Source of the DNA: a bacterium | Lineage (GTDB): Bacteria > Fidelibacterota > Fidelibacteria > Fidelibacterales > Fidelibacteraceae | Reading direction: 5' to 3' | NCBI GenBank assembly: GCA_963676395.1 | Contig: OY781066.1 | Location: forward strand, 1,440,001 to 1,504,000 | DNA: 64,000 bases | Shown here: piece by piece, positions 50,614 to 61,079 of the stretch | How positions within the stretch are numbered: the stretch's first letter is position 1 | How the letters are laid out: every line of letters starts with the position of its first letter | The notes under the pieces: generated by a model | Told to the model about the DNA's origin: nothing | The model's input: the letters and a program-made list of their open reading frames with translations, nothing else | Databases searched by the model: none | Made by a program: the position numbers and the translations under genes

Positions 50614-52635
50614 TTATTTAATCAACAACATCTTTGTCGATCCGGCAAAGGTTCCGTTCACATTTAATACGGCAATATACATACCGGCTGAAAAGTTAGA
50701 TGCATTCCAAAGTAGTTGATGATTCCCGGCTGAAATCGTTTCATTTATTAAATGATCAACGATCCGTCCTTTTATATCATACACCTTAAGGTCTACATCG
50801 CTCATATTGGATAGTTGAAAGTTGATCGTTGTATGGGGGTTGAAGGGGTTAGGATAATTGGGAAAGAGAACATGAGTTTCAGGGATTTCTAAAGTAGCTA
50901 CTGAGATAGGATCATTGATCTTTATAGCTTTTATGTCATCAAGGTAGATAATCTTATCTGCACTTTGTTGGCCGGATTGAAACATCAGAGCATCGAGGGT
51001 GACCTCTTTATTGTCGATGGAGCCATTTCCATTATAATATGATGTCCACAATTCACATGAATCTAATCTTACGGAGTATTCATGCCATTGTCCATCTCCA
51101 TACAAAGGAATAAGAATTGAACTTTCCAGTTCGTTACCGTCATCTATCATAACAGAGGCATAAATACCGTTTTCAGATGTCTTGCAGCTAAAGAAAAGCT
51201 CTCGTTCTCTTGGGAATAGGGTATTGTTAGAAACAATACCGCCCCCTGAAAGCAATCTTACTTTCCAATTTTCAGTGGACTCGGAATCATCCTTTAGAAC
51301 GATCTTTAAGCAACTATCACCATCTGATACATTTAAACCGGTAATCTCAATATAGGAGTCACTGGATATACCTTTTGAGGAACCGCTATAGCCGGGATTA
51401 CGGTAAAAATGTCCTTTGCCGTTTTCGAAATCATCAAGAATCAAACTGTCATTCATGATTAGGAAATTTTCTCGTAGCTTATCCCATAATTCAGGACGAT
51501 TTTCATCGTAACCCAAGGCCCACATACCGGTGCCCATTAATCCAAATTCATAAACTAACTCCTCTTTGGCATCTAGTGCCATTGCATCATTACACCAAGC
51601 TTGATACCAAGTATTGCCACTACTGTAATAAGTCCAGGTGTCTTCATATTTTGAAGATCTGTGTTTCCCATGTGTGTTAAATAGCGCCATTGTTGATGCA
51701 TAGATGGCTGAGGAACCACTTTCAAGCGTAGAAGCCCCAACCTGAGAGCGTTGTGAGGAAGATACTTTCCATTTGTTTCCATAATAAGGTAATCCGAGGA
51801 TCAATTTTGATTTATCACAAGCGCCATAACCTTTATCTTGGTTTACTATGGTTTGAACAAGATTGTTGCTGGATCCTGTAATTGGTGCGCATGGACCTGT
51901 TGTAGAGGCGCCGTTCCACCAGTAGGCGTAACCCATGATAAATACGTAATCGCAGGCATCAACCAGGCCGGGTAGATCCCAGCCGCTCCAGTTTACCGCA
52001 GGTCCTGCAAAAGATATCTCTTGTTCGGGACCAACATGGGTTTTTATATAGTCGCTGAGCTCACGCATAAATTTATTCATTGGAGCTCCACGGTCGGAGG
52101 TTTTGGGACCTTCAAAATCAATATTAACACCATCAAGATTATAGTTTTTGATAATTGTCGCAACATTTTCATAAAAGTTATAAGAAGCCGTACTGTCGTG
52201 GATTATAGCATTGATATCATCGTCATTGAACTCAACTACACACATGATCAATTTTACACCATTAGCGTGAGCTGTATTCATCATTGTGGTCCAATCATTC
52301 GGCCAGCCGGCAGGATAACCTGAAATGTTACCGGAGGTCGAAACGGTAAAATCAAACAAGGCAATATGAGATAGCAGATCATACTGAAAATACTGGGGTG
52401 CTGAATTTCGTTTCCAGTCGGGCAAATAGCCAAACACCGTATGTGAGAGGTAGATGCCGGAACTGTCCCGCGGCTGAAGCGGATTTACGCTTGTTACAGT
52501 ATTCTTACTAAGGAAAACATGTTCGTCATTTAGATGTTCTTCCCACTCTGATTGATGGATGCTTTTAAAATTATCCTGTGAAAATAGTGAAAAGCTCATG
52601 CTTATGGCTAACAGACTTAAGAGTAGATTTTTCAT
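50614..52635 (-). CDS. Secreted glycoside hydrolase family 18 with accessory beta-sandwich and T9SS-type CTD
   Basis: Catalytic LDGVNIDFE, IMGY, LILGLPYYG, MWALGYD; C-terminal NYPNPFNP. Confidence 0.88.
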   Translation of the reverse strand: MKNLLLSLLAISMSFSLFSQDNFKSIHQSEWEEHLNDEHVFLSKNTVTSVNPLQPRDSSGIYLSHTVFGYLPDWKRNSAPQYFQYDLLSHIALFDFTVSTSGNISGYPAGWPNDWTTMMNTAHANGVKLIMCVVEFNDDDINAIIHDSTASYNFYENVATIIKNYNLDGVNIDFEGPKTSDRGAPMNKFMRELSDYIKTHVGPEQEISFAGPAVNWSGWDLPGLVDACDYVFIMGYAYWWNGASTTGPCAPITGSSNNLVQTIVNQDKGYGACDKSKLILGLPYYGNKWKVSSSQRSQVGASTLESGSSAIYASTMALFNTHGKHRSSKYEDTWTYYSSGNTWYQAWCNDAMALDAKEELVYEFGLMGTGMWALGYDENRPELWDKLRENFLIMNDSLILDDFENGKGHFYRNPGYSGSSKGISSDSYIEITGLNVSDGDSCLKIVLKDDSESTENWKVRLLSGGGIVSNNTLFPRERELFFSCKTSENGIYASVMIDDGNELESSILIPLYGDGQWHEYSVRLDSCELWTSYYNGNGSIDNKEVTLDALMFQSGQQSADKIIYLDDIKAIKINDPISVATLEIPETHVLFPNYPNPFNPHTTINFQLSNMSDVDLKVYDIKGRIVDHLINETISAGNHQLLWNASNFSAGMYIAVLNVNGTFAGSTKMLLIK

Positions 52636-52685
52636 GCCGACCTTAGTAATATGGTATTTATGGTTAGAGATGTGTTTTCGTTACA

Positions 52686-53492
52686 TTATCCAATATGAGG
52701 TAAAATAGCGCTAAGTATTAATATACAGGATGAGATGACAGCGTATAGTATTTTCAGTGAGCGGGTTTCTCTTTTAATAATAAAGGCATAAAACATTGAC
52801 CATAAGCCGGCAAAAAGCAAGATAATGCCTTCTATAGAAAAAACTGGTAGCGTTTTTATGAATAGTTCGCCAAAGCTAATGGGCCAAATTAGGAGATAAG
52901 CTATTAAGCCAATTAATAATGAGTAAAGGAAAAAAGCTCCTTGAACCCATGTGATTTTTCTACCCTTAACAATATCCCAAGGGAAGATGGTGATTACGTA
53001 GATCCAGGCCCATGATCCTGCTCCCCACAGAAGTATGGGAAATGCAATACCACGGAAAAGCCATAGCCAGTTTGGCAATTGAGCTTCTTCTTGGTCTTCA
53101 AAAGTAAATATCACCATGCTAAGGGCAATAATTGTAGTTAGAATGCCATGTGAAAACATGATGTAGCTGGTTGAAATGGCGAGTAAAAAGACCGATATAG
53201 AAAAGCGTTCCTGACTCATGGTGAAAATGCGAAAAGCGATAAATACCATGAAAACAGCTAAAGCCAATGCGCCAAGCCAAGGATTTATATATGATTTCAT
53301 GATAAAGTTTGAAAACAATTCAGCCGGCCCGCCGAATGCCCAAAGCTGCCCAAAAATGTACTCTTTTGTGAAAGTAAAATTTAGTCCCTGCTCTATTTGA
53401 AAACTCATGAATTGCGGGGCAAAGAGTCGAAAGTATATGAATGATAATAGAAAGGTTATTCCCCCAAAAAGTGTGAATGAATTACGTTTCAT
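52686..53492 (-). CDS. Hypothetical polytopic membrane protein, similar to the N-terminal part of DUF6057
   Basis: Many TM segments; EQ..F.FT..Y...GG.AE..S.F...Y..PWLGAL pattern. ATG 53492 directly follows the dnaG stop. Confidence 0.6.
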   Translation of the reverse strand: MKRNSFTLFGGITFLLSFIYFRLFAPQFMSFQIEQGLNFTFTKEYIFGQLWAFGGPAELFSNFIMKSYINPWLGALALAVFMVFIAFRIFTMSQERFSISVFLLAISTSYIMFSHGILTTIIALSMVIFTFEDQEEAQLPNWLWLFRGIAFPILLWGAGSWAWIYVITIFPWDIVKGRKITWVQGAFFLYSLLIGLIAYLLIWPISFGELFIKTLPVFSIEGIILLFAGLWSMFYAFIIKRETRSLKILYAVISSCILILSAILPHIG

Positions 53493-53493
53493 A

Positions 53494-55290
53494 TTATAGA
53501 TCCTCAAAAATAGAGTCGTTATATATTTTGTTGACATGCTTGCGTGCATGCATGTTTTTCATTTGTGCTTTCATGATGTCTACCATCTCTTCCGAAGGTA
53601 CCGATCTAAGTTTTTCGGTTAGTATGTTATAGTCATCTTTCAGCATTTGCAGTTCTAGTTGCTTTAAGCTGTCTACAAACAATGCCTTTTGATTTTCTTC
53701 ATCGTATTGTTCCATAACGATTTGATAGCAGAAAGATTTGACTTTTTTGTCACTGATATTTTCGGGTATTTTTTCTGAATTGATGTAGACATTATTTTTT
53801 AATACTGCCTGGATCTCTGCCAGGACTTTTTTTAAAAACGGGTGTTTAAAGGTTTTGACCGACAAAAATCTTAATCCGGCTTTGCGGATAAGATTGCTAC
53901 CGTTTACCAATAGCTGGAGTAGGAGATATTCCGCGGCTTCACCTTGGTTTTTGAATTGTTTGGGTTTTTCCTGGGTAGATACTTCGGGTTCAGAAGTTGT
54001 TTGATATGCTTTCTGCTTGTTCAGTTGGTTTAAGAGTGTTTGTTCTTCTACAGAAAACAATTTGGCAATTTCTCTTGCAAACATTTCCCTGTAAACCGGA
54101 TCTGCAAAAGCTCTGATCTCATCGAGTAAAGATGTGATGGTATCGGATTTTTGCTTTGCGGACATTTTTGAGGGTTGATAATGTGCCCGTAAAAATTCCA
54201 TAAAGGGAAGAGCATTGGTAACTTGAGTATGAAATGCTTGAACACCTTCTTTTTGCAAGAATGAATCAGGATCTTCGCCTTCCGGGATCTGAAGGATCTT
54301 GCATTCAAGCTTTTGGGACGATAGGGTGAATCCTGTTTTTACCGCAGCTTTTTGTCCTGCGGTATCGCTATCGTAACAAAGGATAGCCTCATCGGCAAAA
54401 CGTCTTAATAGCCTTCCATGATCTCCGGTAAACGCGGTACCTGAACCTGCTACAACATTAGTATATCCATGTTGATATAGTTGAAGAAAATCCATATAGC
54501 CTTCTACGACCATGGCTTTTTTCTCTTTGCGCATAGGCTCTTTGGTGATGTTGAGTCCGTATAGGATCTTGCGTTTATTGTATATTGGAGTCTCGGGTGA
54601 GTTGAGATATTTGGCTTCTTTTTTATCGTCTTTCATTGTACGTCCGCCAAAACCGACCGCATTTCCTCTGTCGTCATACACCGGAAACATGATACGCTCT
54701 CTAAAACGATCGAATAAACGACCATCTTTTTCTGAGCGGACAAAAAGTCCGCTTTGCATAAGCAGGTTTGCATCATAGCGGGCTGAGAGCTTTTTTACAA
54801 GAAATTCCCAAGGTTCGGGAGAATAACCAAGCTTAAAATCTTTGATAGTTTGTTCGGATAATCCTCGTTCCAATAGATAGTCCAAAGCCTTTTTTCCGGA
54901 TGGCTTAAATAATTCGGCATGAAAAATATCAATAGCCTGGACATGAATATCGCGAAGTTTGCCGGTATCGCTTTGTTCCTGTGGAGACATTTGTTCGAAT
55001 TCAAGTTGGATATTGGCTCGCTCAGCAAGCTGTTTTACCGCTTCTATAAAAGATATTTTTTCATATTCCATAACAAAATTGATTACGTTTCCACCCACGC
55101 CACAGCCGAAACAATGATAGATCTGCTTGGAGGCAGATACAGAAAATGAAGCGGTTTTTTCATTATGAAAAGGACAACGGGCCCAGTAATTTGCTCCCTT
55201 TTTCTTCATAGGAAGATAAGAGCCGATCACCTCGACGATATCATTGGAATCTTTGATCTGTTCGACCGTATGTTCAGGAATTTTTGCCAT
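53494..55290 (-). CDS. dnaG: DNA primase
   Basis: CHC2 zinc finger CPFHNEKTASF...CFGC, FGGR, KYLNSPET, TOPRIM motifs EGYMD and YDSD. Confidence 0.97.
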   Translation of the reverse strand: MAKIPEHTVEQIKDSNDIVEVIGSYLPMKKKGANYWARCPFHNEKTASFSVSASKQIYHCFGCGVGGNVINFVMEYEKISFIEAVKQLAERANIQLEFEQMSPQEQSDTGKLRDIHVQAIDIFHAELFKPSGKKALDYLLERGLSEQTIKDFKLGYSPEPWEFLVKKLSARYDANLLMQSGLFVRSEKDGRLFDRFRERIMFPVYDDRGNAVGFGGRTMKDDKKEAKYLNSPETPIYNKRKILYGLNITKEPMRKEKKAMVVEGYMDFLQLYQHGYTNVVAGSGTAFTGDHGRLLRRFADEAILCYDSDTAGQKAAVKTGFTLSSQKLECKILQIPEGEDPDSFLQKEGVQAFHTQVTNALPFMEFLRAHYQPSKMSAKQKSDTITSLLDEIRAFADPVYREMFAREIAKLFSVEEQTLLNQLNKQKAYQTTSEPEVSTQEKPKQFKNQGEAAEYLLLQLLVNGSNLIRKAGLRFLSVKTFKHPFLKKVLAEIQAVLKNNVYINSEKIPENISDKKVKSFCYQIVMEQYDEENQKALFVDSLKQLELQMLKDDYNILTEKLRSVPSEEMVDIMKAQMKNMHARKHVNKIYNDSIFEDL

Positions 55291-55407
55291 CGTTTAATCT
55301 AAGGAATTGCTTAATGAGATTAAAGATAAATATCGGGCAGATTGGAAAAGCTTTAGGTTTAATATGGGATAAGTGAATAGGGTAAATATAGTTTCTTGTT
55401 TATACGA

Positions 55408-55433
55408 CAAGGGACAGGCATGCCTGTCCCTTG
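55408..55433. repeat. 26-bp perfect palindrome (REP-like or terminator)
   Basis: CAAGGGACAGGCATGCCTGTCCCTTG. Confidence 0.8.
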
Positions 55434-55465
55434 CAATAAAGATTTAATAAAACATATCTTATTTC

Positions 55466-58093
55466 TTAGGGCCTTTCAGATATTTCTGCTGCCCCTTCAA
55501 AGAATATTGGATAGCTGGCTTTTTCGTACTGAACAATATTCGATGGAAAATTCCAGCCTTCCCATAGACAGCGTCCGGTAACCAAGGTTGTGCTGTTATG
55601 AACTACCGTTAAAAGAATCCCATCGGTTTCCATTTCTTCGCGGTCACTGGTATTGGTTGGATCACCATCATTATTACTTCGGTCATCATGCATGACATGT
55701 CTGAGTGATGGGTCGGTCACCTGTAAAAGCGACCAAGGTAAGCGGACGAGGATCTCGTTTCCGTCGATCTCAACACCATCCATGGAAGTTTTTATTCCAC
55801 CATTTTTTACCGTGATCAAATTACCAATATCCTGATAAGCATCATCACTACTGTTTTTCCACCGTACGGGTTCCCATGGGGCACCATAACTTGGGATGGA
55901 TTGATATTTCTTTTCAGGATCGTCAACATTATTTCGACGATGCCATATGCCGTAAAGGTTGTAAGCTTGAGTTACAAATAGTGGTGAATGATCACTACTG
56001 GTAATTGCTAAAGCGAATTCCGCACGATTGTTTACAATTGTTCCATTTGGTAAAATGGCTTCTCCAAGGTCAGCTCTGTATGTGTCAATACCAACCCAAA
56101 TTGTATCACCACTTGCAAGTGGATTTTCCGTTTGGAGTTTGATATAGAAAAATGCATTGTCCATATCAGCCTTTACCGAAAGAATATCACTACTTGCGCT
56201 AACTGTTGGCCAACGGGTAAAATCCGGAGATATTTCTCTGTATCCGATCAATCCGTAGTTTTGTTCCGGATTGGTAACATTTTGCCAGAACTGTCTGCGT
56301 TCTGTATGCGAATCAAATGGAGCCGTGATCCATGAATTTTTAAACCATTCATCGATCCAGGCGAAAACAAATCCACCGGCGCAACCGGTATCATAAATAT
56401 TATGTAGCATACGGACATCAGAATGTCCTTGTTCTTTTTCTGTCATACCGCCATGGTACATACCGCTATGACTAAAGCGAGCATTTCCCCAAGATGAGGG
56501 TACACCAAATTCTGCTATGATCAAAGGCCAGTTGTCATAATGGTTATTCAGGTCGGTTAAGTACCCTACATAGGAGTTTGGCCCCACAGAATCTGAAAAT
56601 GTTTGATAACCCGGATCATCACTCATAAAATCCGGATAATAAGGGTAAGCGTGATAAGACATAAAGAAACCGGCCGGAGCATCCACAGCAACGATATCAT
56701 TCATGTTGAAAGTTTCATCTTCTTCATCGGTATTTGGTGTGTCTTCCGTGGGGTGATAGATAGGATCCAAGGTTGGCCAGGAAGAGACTGAAACAGGTTT
56801 ATTTTCATCATAATTGCTTTGCATATAATCCACCATATGATCAAGTCTTGCCGTCATCCAGACATCTAACTGACAAGTATCCTGGATACTGAAGTGATCT
56901 CCGGTGAATGACGTCCAATCATCATAGGCTTCTTCAATTTTTTCTACTTCAGCCGGGTGGATTTCTCTACCGATGATATAGCCCAGCACCCAAGGAGAAA
57001 CGTCAGAAGTAAAATCTCCATGTGCACGACCAAAGCGATGCGAGATGCTTTTATTACCGTGCATACAGTCAATGATCTCAGCGATATCGTCATCGAATTT
57101 ATCGGTTTGACCCGATACCAGATTGCCTTCATATTCTTCATCTAACCAGACACCTTGAATTAAGAAAAGTGGCTTATTTGGGTGGGCAAGGTTATATGTT
57201 CTTAATTCTTCATAAAATCTTGGGAAATGCAGGGTGTAGGTTCGTAAGTAGTTTAAACCTCCTTGAGCGAGTTCTTCGATCCAGTCGGCATATTCCTCAC
57301 GAGTTGCGGCCAAGGCACCCGGAGATGTTCCCGGAACAGCAGCCCCAAGGTTGATGCCTTTTAAGAAAAGGGATACCCATTCGCCATCTCGATAAACTTG
57401 AATGTATTCACCTTCGGCTTTGAAAGGCATGCTAAGTTTTTCGGTGGTGTAAACCATATTGACACCACTTTCGGAGAGTGAAACGCCTTCTTTGATATAA
57501 TTTGTTCCATTTGCAAATCTAATATAAAAATCAAAAGTACTTCCACCGGTAAATGTATCGATAATATTTGATGCGTCACCGGGTTCAATGATTACACCAT
57601 TTTGCTCGATCAAGGCCACCTTGATACTTGAACTGTAATTTGCCGTGATTAATCTAATGATATAAACACCTTCGGGTAATTCACGACCTGTATTGTCTAT
57701 GGCCTGCCAAACAATCTGGTTCAATCCCGCAGGTGCATTTGAAACCGAAATGCTGGATACTTTTTGACCACGAATATTATAAGTTTCAAGCTGAATATCT
57801 GATTCATCTTTAAGTAAGACAGGTACAACGGAAGATCCTTTGGATGGATTTGGATATGCTGGATACAGCTGAGTGTTTTCGATGCTAACATTTTCAATGA
57901 TGGTATAGAATTCACCCCACTGGTTTGTTACTATCTCGTCGAGTATTGAACTTTTTCCGGCTTCTGTTATTCGGATGCTTGCGGTCCCTACACCGCCGCC
58001 GTATTGATTCATCAGGCGACAATCAAAGCCAGCCGCTTGTAATGAAAATCCGATGGTCAATAGCAGTAATAATATCTTTGGCAATTTAGACAA
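55466..58093 (-). CDS. Secreted protein with an internal FlgD/T9SS-like Ig domain and a clan GH-A-like TIM-barrel domain
   Basis: TTG 58093 after AGGAG gives a signal peptide; AYPNP...YNIRGQKV...GVY module near the N-terminus; KGINLG, LRTYT, IIGRE, HAYPYYP, IIAEFG, FAWIDEWFK. Confidence 0.72.
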   Translation of the reverse strand: MSKLPKILLLLLTIGFSLQAAGFDCRLMNQYGGGVGTASIRITEAGKSSILDEIVTNQWGEFYTIIENVSIENTQLYPAYPNPSKGSSVVPVLLKDESDIQLETYNIRGQKVSSISVSNAPAGLNQIVWQAIDNTGRELPEGVYIIRLITANYSSSIKVALIEQNGVIIEPGDASNIIDTFTGGSTFDFYIRFANGTNYIKEGVSLSESGVNMVYTTEKLSMPFKAEGEYIQVYRDGEWVSLFLKGINLGAAVPGTSPGALAATREEYADWIEELAQGGLNYLRTYTLHFPRFYEELRTYNLAHPNKPLFLIQGVWLDEEYEGNLVSGQTDKFDDDIAEIIDCMHGNKSISHRFGRAHGDFTSDVSPWVLGYIIGREIHPAEVEKIEEAYDDWTSFTGDHFSIQDTCQLDVWMTARLDHMVDYMQSNYDENKPVSVSSWPTLDPIYHPTEDTPNTDEEDETFNMNDIVAVDAPAGFFMSYHAYPYYPDFMSDDPGYQTFSDSVGPNSYVGYLTDLNNHYDNWPLIIAEFGVPSSWGNARFSHSGMYHGGMTEKEQGHSDVRMLHNIYDTGCAGGFVFAWIDEWFKNSWITAPFDSHTERRQFWQNVTNPEQNYGLIGYREISPDFTRWPTVSASSDILSVKADMDNAFFYIKLQTENPLASGDTIWVGIDTYRADLGEAILPNGTIVNNRAEFALAITSSDHSPLFVTQAYNLYGIWHRRNNVDDPEKKYQSIPSYGAPWEPVRWKNSSDDAYQDIGNLITVKNGGIKTSMDGVEIDGNEILVRLPWSLLQVTDPSLRHVMHDDRSNNDGDPTNTSDREEMETDGILLTVVHNSTTLVTGRCLWEGWNFPSNIVQYEKASYPIFFEGAAEISERP

Positions 58094-59042
58094 TTCGGTT
58101 TTCTCCTTTTTCTCCACGCAATATACGCAGACAATTTTCAACGGCCATGATCGCTAATCTGTTCCTTACAGCTACTGTCGCAGAACCGGTGTGTGGAGTA
58201 AGAACGACGTTGTCAAGTTTATTCAACCCTTCGCAAAGGGCAGGTTCATTTTCATATACATCTAATGCAGCACCTGCAATGATCTTTTTTTTAAGGGCAA
58301 TTACTAATTCATGTTCATCTATCACCGGCCCTCTGGCGGTATTAATGAGATAAGCCGTATTTTTCATCATATTTAATTCGCGTTTTCCAATTAAATGGTG
58401 ATTTTCTGGACGCATGGGAATATGTAAAGAAATAAAATCAGATTCGCGGATCAGAGTATCAAAATCGACATTTTCAGCTTGTAGCTCCTTGTCGAGTATT
58501 TTATTCGGTTTTCCGCTGTAAAGAACACGCATATTGAAGCCTTTAGACATTAAAGCAAAGGCAGTGCCAATACGACCGGTTCCGATAACGCCTAAGGTTT
58601 GTCCCGCAATATCTCCACCCAGCATCAACATAGGCATCCAACCGGTAAATTTACCTTTTCGCATAAAACTATCAGATTCCGGAATTCGCCTTGCGATGGA
58701 AAACAGTAAAGCCCAGGCAAGTTCAGCGGTACTTTGCGATAGAATGCCCGGAGTATTGCAAACTGCAATCCCTTTTTTTTCAGCATAATCAATATTGATA
58801 TTATTATAACCAACGGCCATATTTGAAACCACTTCCAAATTTGTTGCCGCATCTAAAAGTTGTTGATCAATTTTGTCATCAAGAAGACAGATCAAACCAT
58901 GAATATCTTTTACTTTTTGCTGTAATTTCTCAGGGGGTAAAGGTTGCTCGCTTTGAAGTATTTCGACTTCAAATTCAGACTCTCTCAGAACTTTCATACC
59001 TGCATCAGGAATAATCCTTGACAGGAAGATCTTCTTTGCCAT
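58086..59042 (-). CDS. D-isomer-specific 2-hydroxyacid dehydrogenase (glyoxylate reductase/D-glycerate dehydrogenase type)
   Basis: AVGYNNI, NTPG, GTGRIG, INTARG, LDVYENEP, PHTGS. Confidence 0.92.
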   Translation of the reverse strand: MAKKIFLSRIIPDAGMKVLRESEFEVEILQSEQPLPPEKLQQKVKDIHGLICLLDDKIDQQLLDAATNLEVVSNMAVGYNNINIDYAEKKGIAVCNTPGILSQSTAELAWALLFSIARRIPESDSFMRKGKFTGWMPMLMLGGDIAGQTLGVIGTGRIGTAFALMSKGFNMRVLYSGKPNKILDKELQAENVDFDTLIRESDFISLHIPMRPENHHLIGKRELNMMKNTAYLINTARGPVIDEHELVIALKKKIIAGAALDVYENEPALCEGLNKLDNVVLTPHTGSATVAVRNRLAIMAVENCLRILRGEKGENRIV

Positions 59043-59075
59043 AGTTCACCTATGAATAAAGTGAAGGGCTAATAT

Positions 59076-59585
59076 TTATAGATTTTCCAGTTTTACCTTC
59101 ATGTCGGCAATAACAGCATTGATCTCGTCGCCCATGAGTTTGTTAAGGAATAGATTGGTCCAGCGAGCACCGATATTAGCGCCGGCAAAAACTTTAATTG
59201 AAAAGTTGACCGTAGTTTTTTTACCGGCTGTAAGTTGCCAAACTGTTTCAGCCATCTCGTGACCCTGATATATAATATTATCGCGAATACTCATATTTTC
59301 ACCCAGACTTACTTCACAGGCACCTTTACCAACAAGATCGCTTTCCCATGTGTAACCAAGTTCACCTGGTTCATGTAAGAAAACAATTGAGGTATCTTCG
59401 GTTTCCCAAATAGGCCATAGATGATTTGCATAAAGGTCTAAAATTTCTGCTTCTACAATATCTGCGGGTGCGTCAATGTTGTATTCTTTATTAAATGTAC
59501 CCACTTTAGGCAAGAAAAGTCCAATGACAAAAAACAATGCAATACATGCCAATAGTATGGTACTCAGGATTTTTAAAAATTTCAT
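59076..59585 (-). CDS. Membrane-anchored hypothetical protein, possibly SRPBCC/polyketide-cyclase-like
   Basis: N-terminal TM ending GLFLP, IDAP, WPIW, YTWES..VGKG. Confidence 0.6.
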   Translation of the reverse strand: MKFLKILSTILLACIALFFVIGLFLPKVGTFNKEYNIDAPADIVEAEILDLYANHLWPIWETEDTSIVFLHEPGELGYTWESDLVGKGACEVSLGENMSIRDNIIYQGHEMAETVWQLTAGKKTTVNFSIKVFAGANIGARWTNLFLNKLMGDEINAVIADMKVKLENL

Positions 59586-59615
59586 ATCTAGTCTCCTTTA
59601 GGGAAGCTGTCTTTA

Positions 59616-60497
59616 TTAGTTATTTATTTTAATCTTTTTTTCTGATTTATAATGCCAAATGATCAATGCGACTCCACCGGCAACCATAAAGAAACTTAAG
59701 AGTTGTCCCATGGTTACCCAACCAAAAAGAAAACCCAATTGTTCGTCCGGTTGGCGGAAGAATTCACAAAAAGTTCTAAATAAGGCATAACCTATTAATA
59801 AAACACCAATTCTAACTGAACCGGGTGCATCTTTTTTATGTAAGAAAATCATGATCAGGAATAGTAACAGACCTTCAGTTGCAGCTTCGTATAATTGAGA
59901 AGGGTGACGGGCTTGAATATATCCGGCTTCGATATATTGCCTGATTACTTTCATTGGTGTATCCCATGCAAGTCCGGCTTCAGCGGGGAAATACATGGCC
60001 CACTTTGCATCTGTTACGCGTCCCCATAGCTCGCCATTTAAAAAATTTCCCAAACGTCCAAATAGTAAACCAAGCGGGGCGACGGTTACAACTTTACCGC
60101 CAATATCAAAAAAGTTTTTCTTGAATTTCCTGCACCAGAATATTCCTGCAAGAATACTGCCAAGGAGGCCACCATGAAAAGACATGCCGGAAAAACCGAC
60201 AAGTTTGCCATCGCGAAAAGGCCAGATAATATCCAAAGGATGATCAATATAGTATCCGAGATTATAAAAGATAACGTAACCCAATCGAGCACCGATCAAA
60301 AGGGCGATGATCAACCAGGAAAAAAGCGAATCGAATTCCTCACTTGTAAGATCGATTTTTTTGAGTTTGATCTCCCTGCGCATAAATATAAGAAAAAATA
60401 CAAACCCCAAAACATACATAAGTCCGTAGTAACGTAATTGAAAATTGCCAATTTCAAGAATATAGGGCTGTATATGGTGAATGCTGTGCTCTAACAT
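59616..60497 (-). CDS. lgt: Prolipoprotein diacylglyceryl transferase
   Basis: RYYGLMY, GARLGY, GMSFHGG, GRLGNFLNGELWGR, HPSQLYE, EFFRQPD. Confidence 0.97.
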   Translation of the reverse strand: MLEHSIHHIQPYILEIGNFQLRYYGLMYVLGFVFFLIFMRREIKLKKIDLTSEEFDSLFSWLIIALLIGARLGYVIFYNLGYYIDHPLDIIWPFRDGKLVGFSGMSFHGGLLGSILAGIFWCRKFKKNFFDIGGKVVTVAPLGLLFGRLGNFLNGELWGRVTDAKWAMYFPAEAGLAWDTPMKVIRQYIEAGYIQARHPSQLYEAATEGLLLFLIMIFLHKKDAPGSVRIGVLLIGYALFRTFCEFFRQPDEQLGFLFGWVTMGQLLSFFMVAGGVALIIWHYKSEKKIKINN

Positions 60498-60541
60498 TGC
60501 TATCCTTTATTTGTTCACCCAAAAATAAGTAAAAACATAGC

Positions 60542-60569
60542 AATTAACAATTAAGAATTAAAAATTAAG
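60542..60569. repeat. Four tandem 7-mers AATTAAN
   Basis: AATTAAC AATTAAG AATTAAA AATTAAG. Confidence 0.7.
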
Positions 60570-60623
60570 AGTATAGAATTCAGAAGAGGGCAAAAGGTAA
60601 TATTTCTTGCCTGCCTACAATCA

Positions 60624-61079
60624 CTATTTAGATTCTTTTCCCACAATGTTTTCTATGGATATTTTTAAAATATAAATTGCATCAAGATGTTTAGTATGAT
60701 AGTTATTTTCCGGCCCCATGAAATGACGCATGAGTATATTGAGTCCAGCAATTTTTTCTTTTTCTTTTTCTAATATCTCTACATGGCCATACCCGATAAG
60801 AGATTGAAATTTCATAGTCCAATTGCAAGCTTTAGGGCCTGTCTCCAGCTTATGTTTTCCTTCTATCTCAAAACATACATAGGGGTTTTTACGAAGGATA
60901 TCGATCTTGCGACCTTCTTTGGCACAATGGATATAAAGTGCATTATTATGATAACCGTAGTTCAGTGGTACGATATATGGTATATCATGATCGATCATAG
61001 CGAGTCGGACAATATTTGAGTTTTTCAGTATGTCTAGGATGAGCTGAGGGTCGTTTATTTGTTTATTTTTTCTTCTCAT
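60624..61079 (-). CDS. Pyridoxamine 5'-phosphate oxidase-like / NimA-family flavin-binding protein
   Basis: MRR start, PYIVPLNY, YIHCAKEGRK, NPYVCFE, SLIGYG. Confidence 0.88.
   Translation of the reverse strand: MRRKNKQINDPQLILDILKNSNIVRLAMIDHDIPYIVPLNYGYHNNALYIHCAKEGRKIDILRKNPYVCFEIEGKHKLETGPKACNWTMKFQSLIGYGHVEILEKEKEKIAGLNILMRHFMGPENNYHTKHLDAIYILKISIENIVGKESK

Noticed and set aside
55396..55581. 61-aa ORF spanning the 26-bp palindrome
   Set aside because: Mostly antisense to the 3' end of the large hydrolase gene; no SD.
60624..61079. Calling the flavin-binding protein a nitroimidazole-resistance (nim) gene
   Set aside because: The family is widespread and sequence alone does not show resistance; no IS element or plasmid context.
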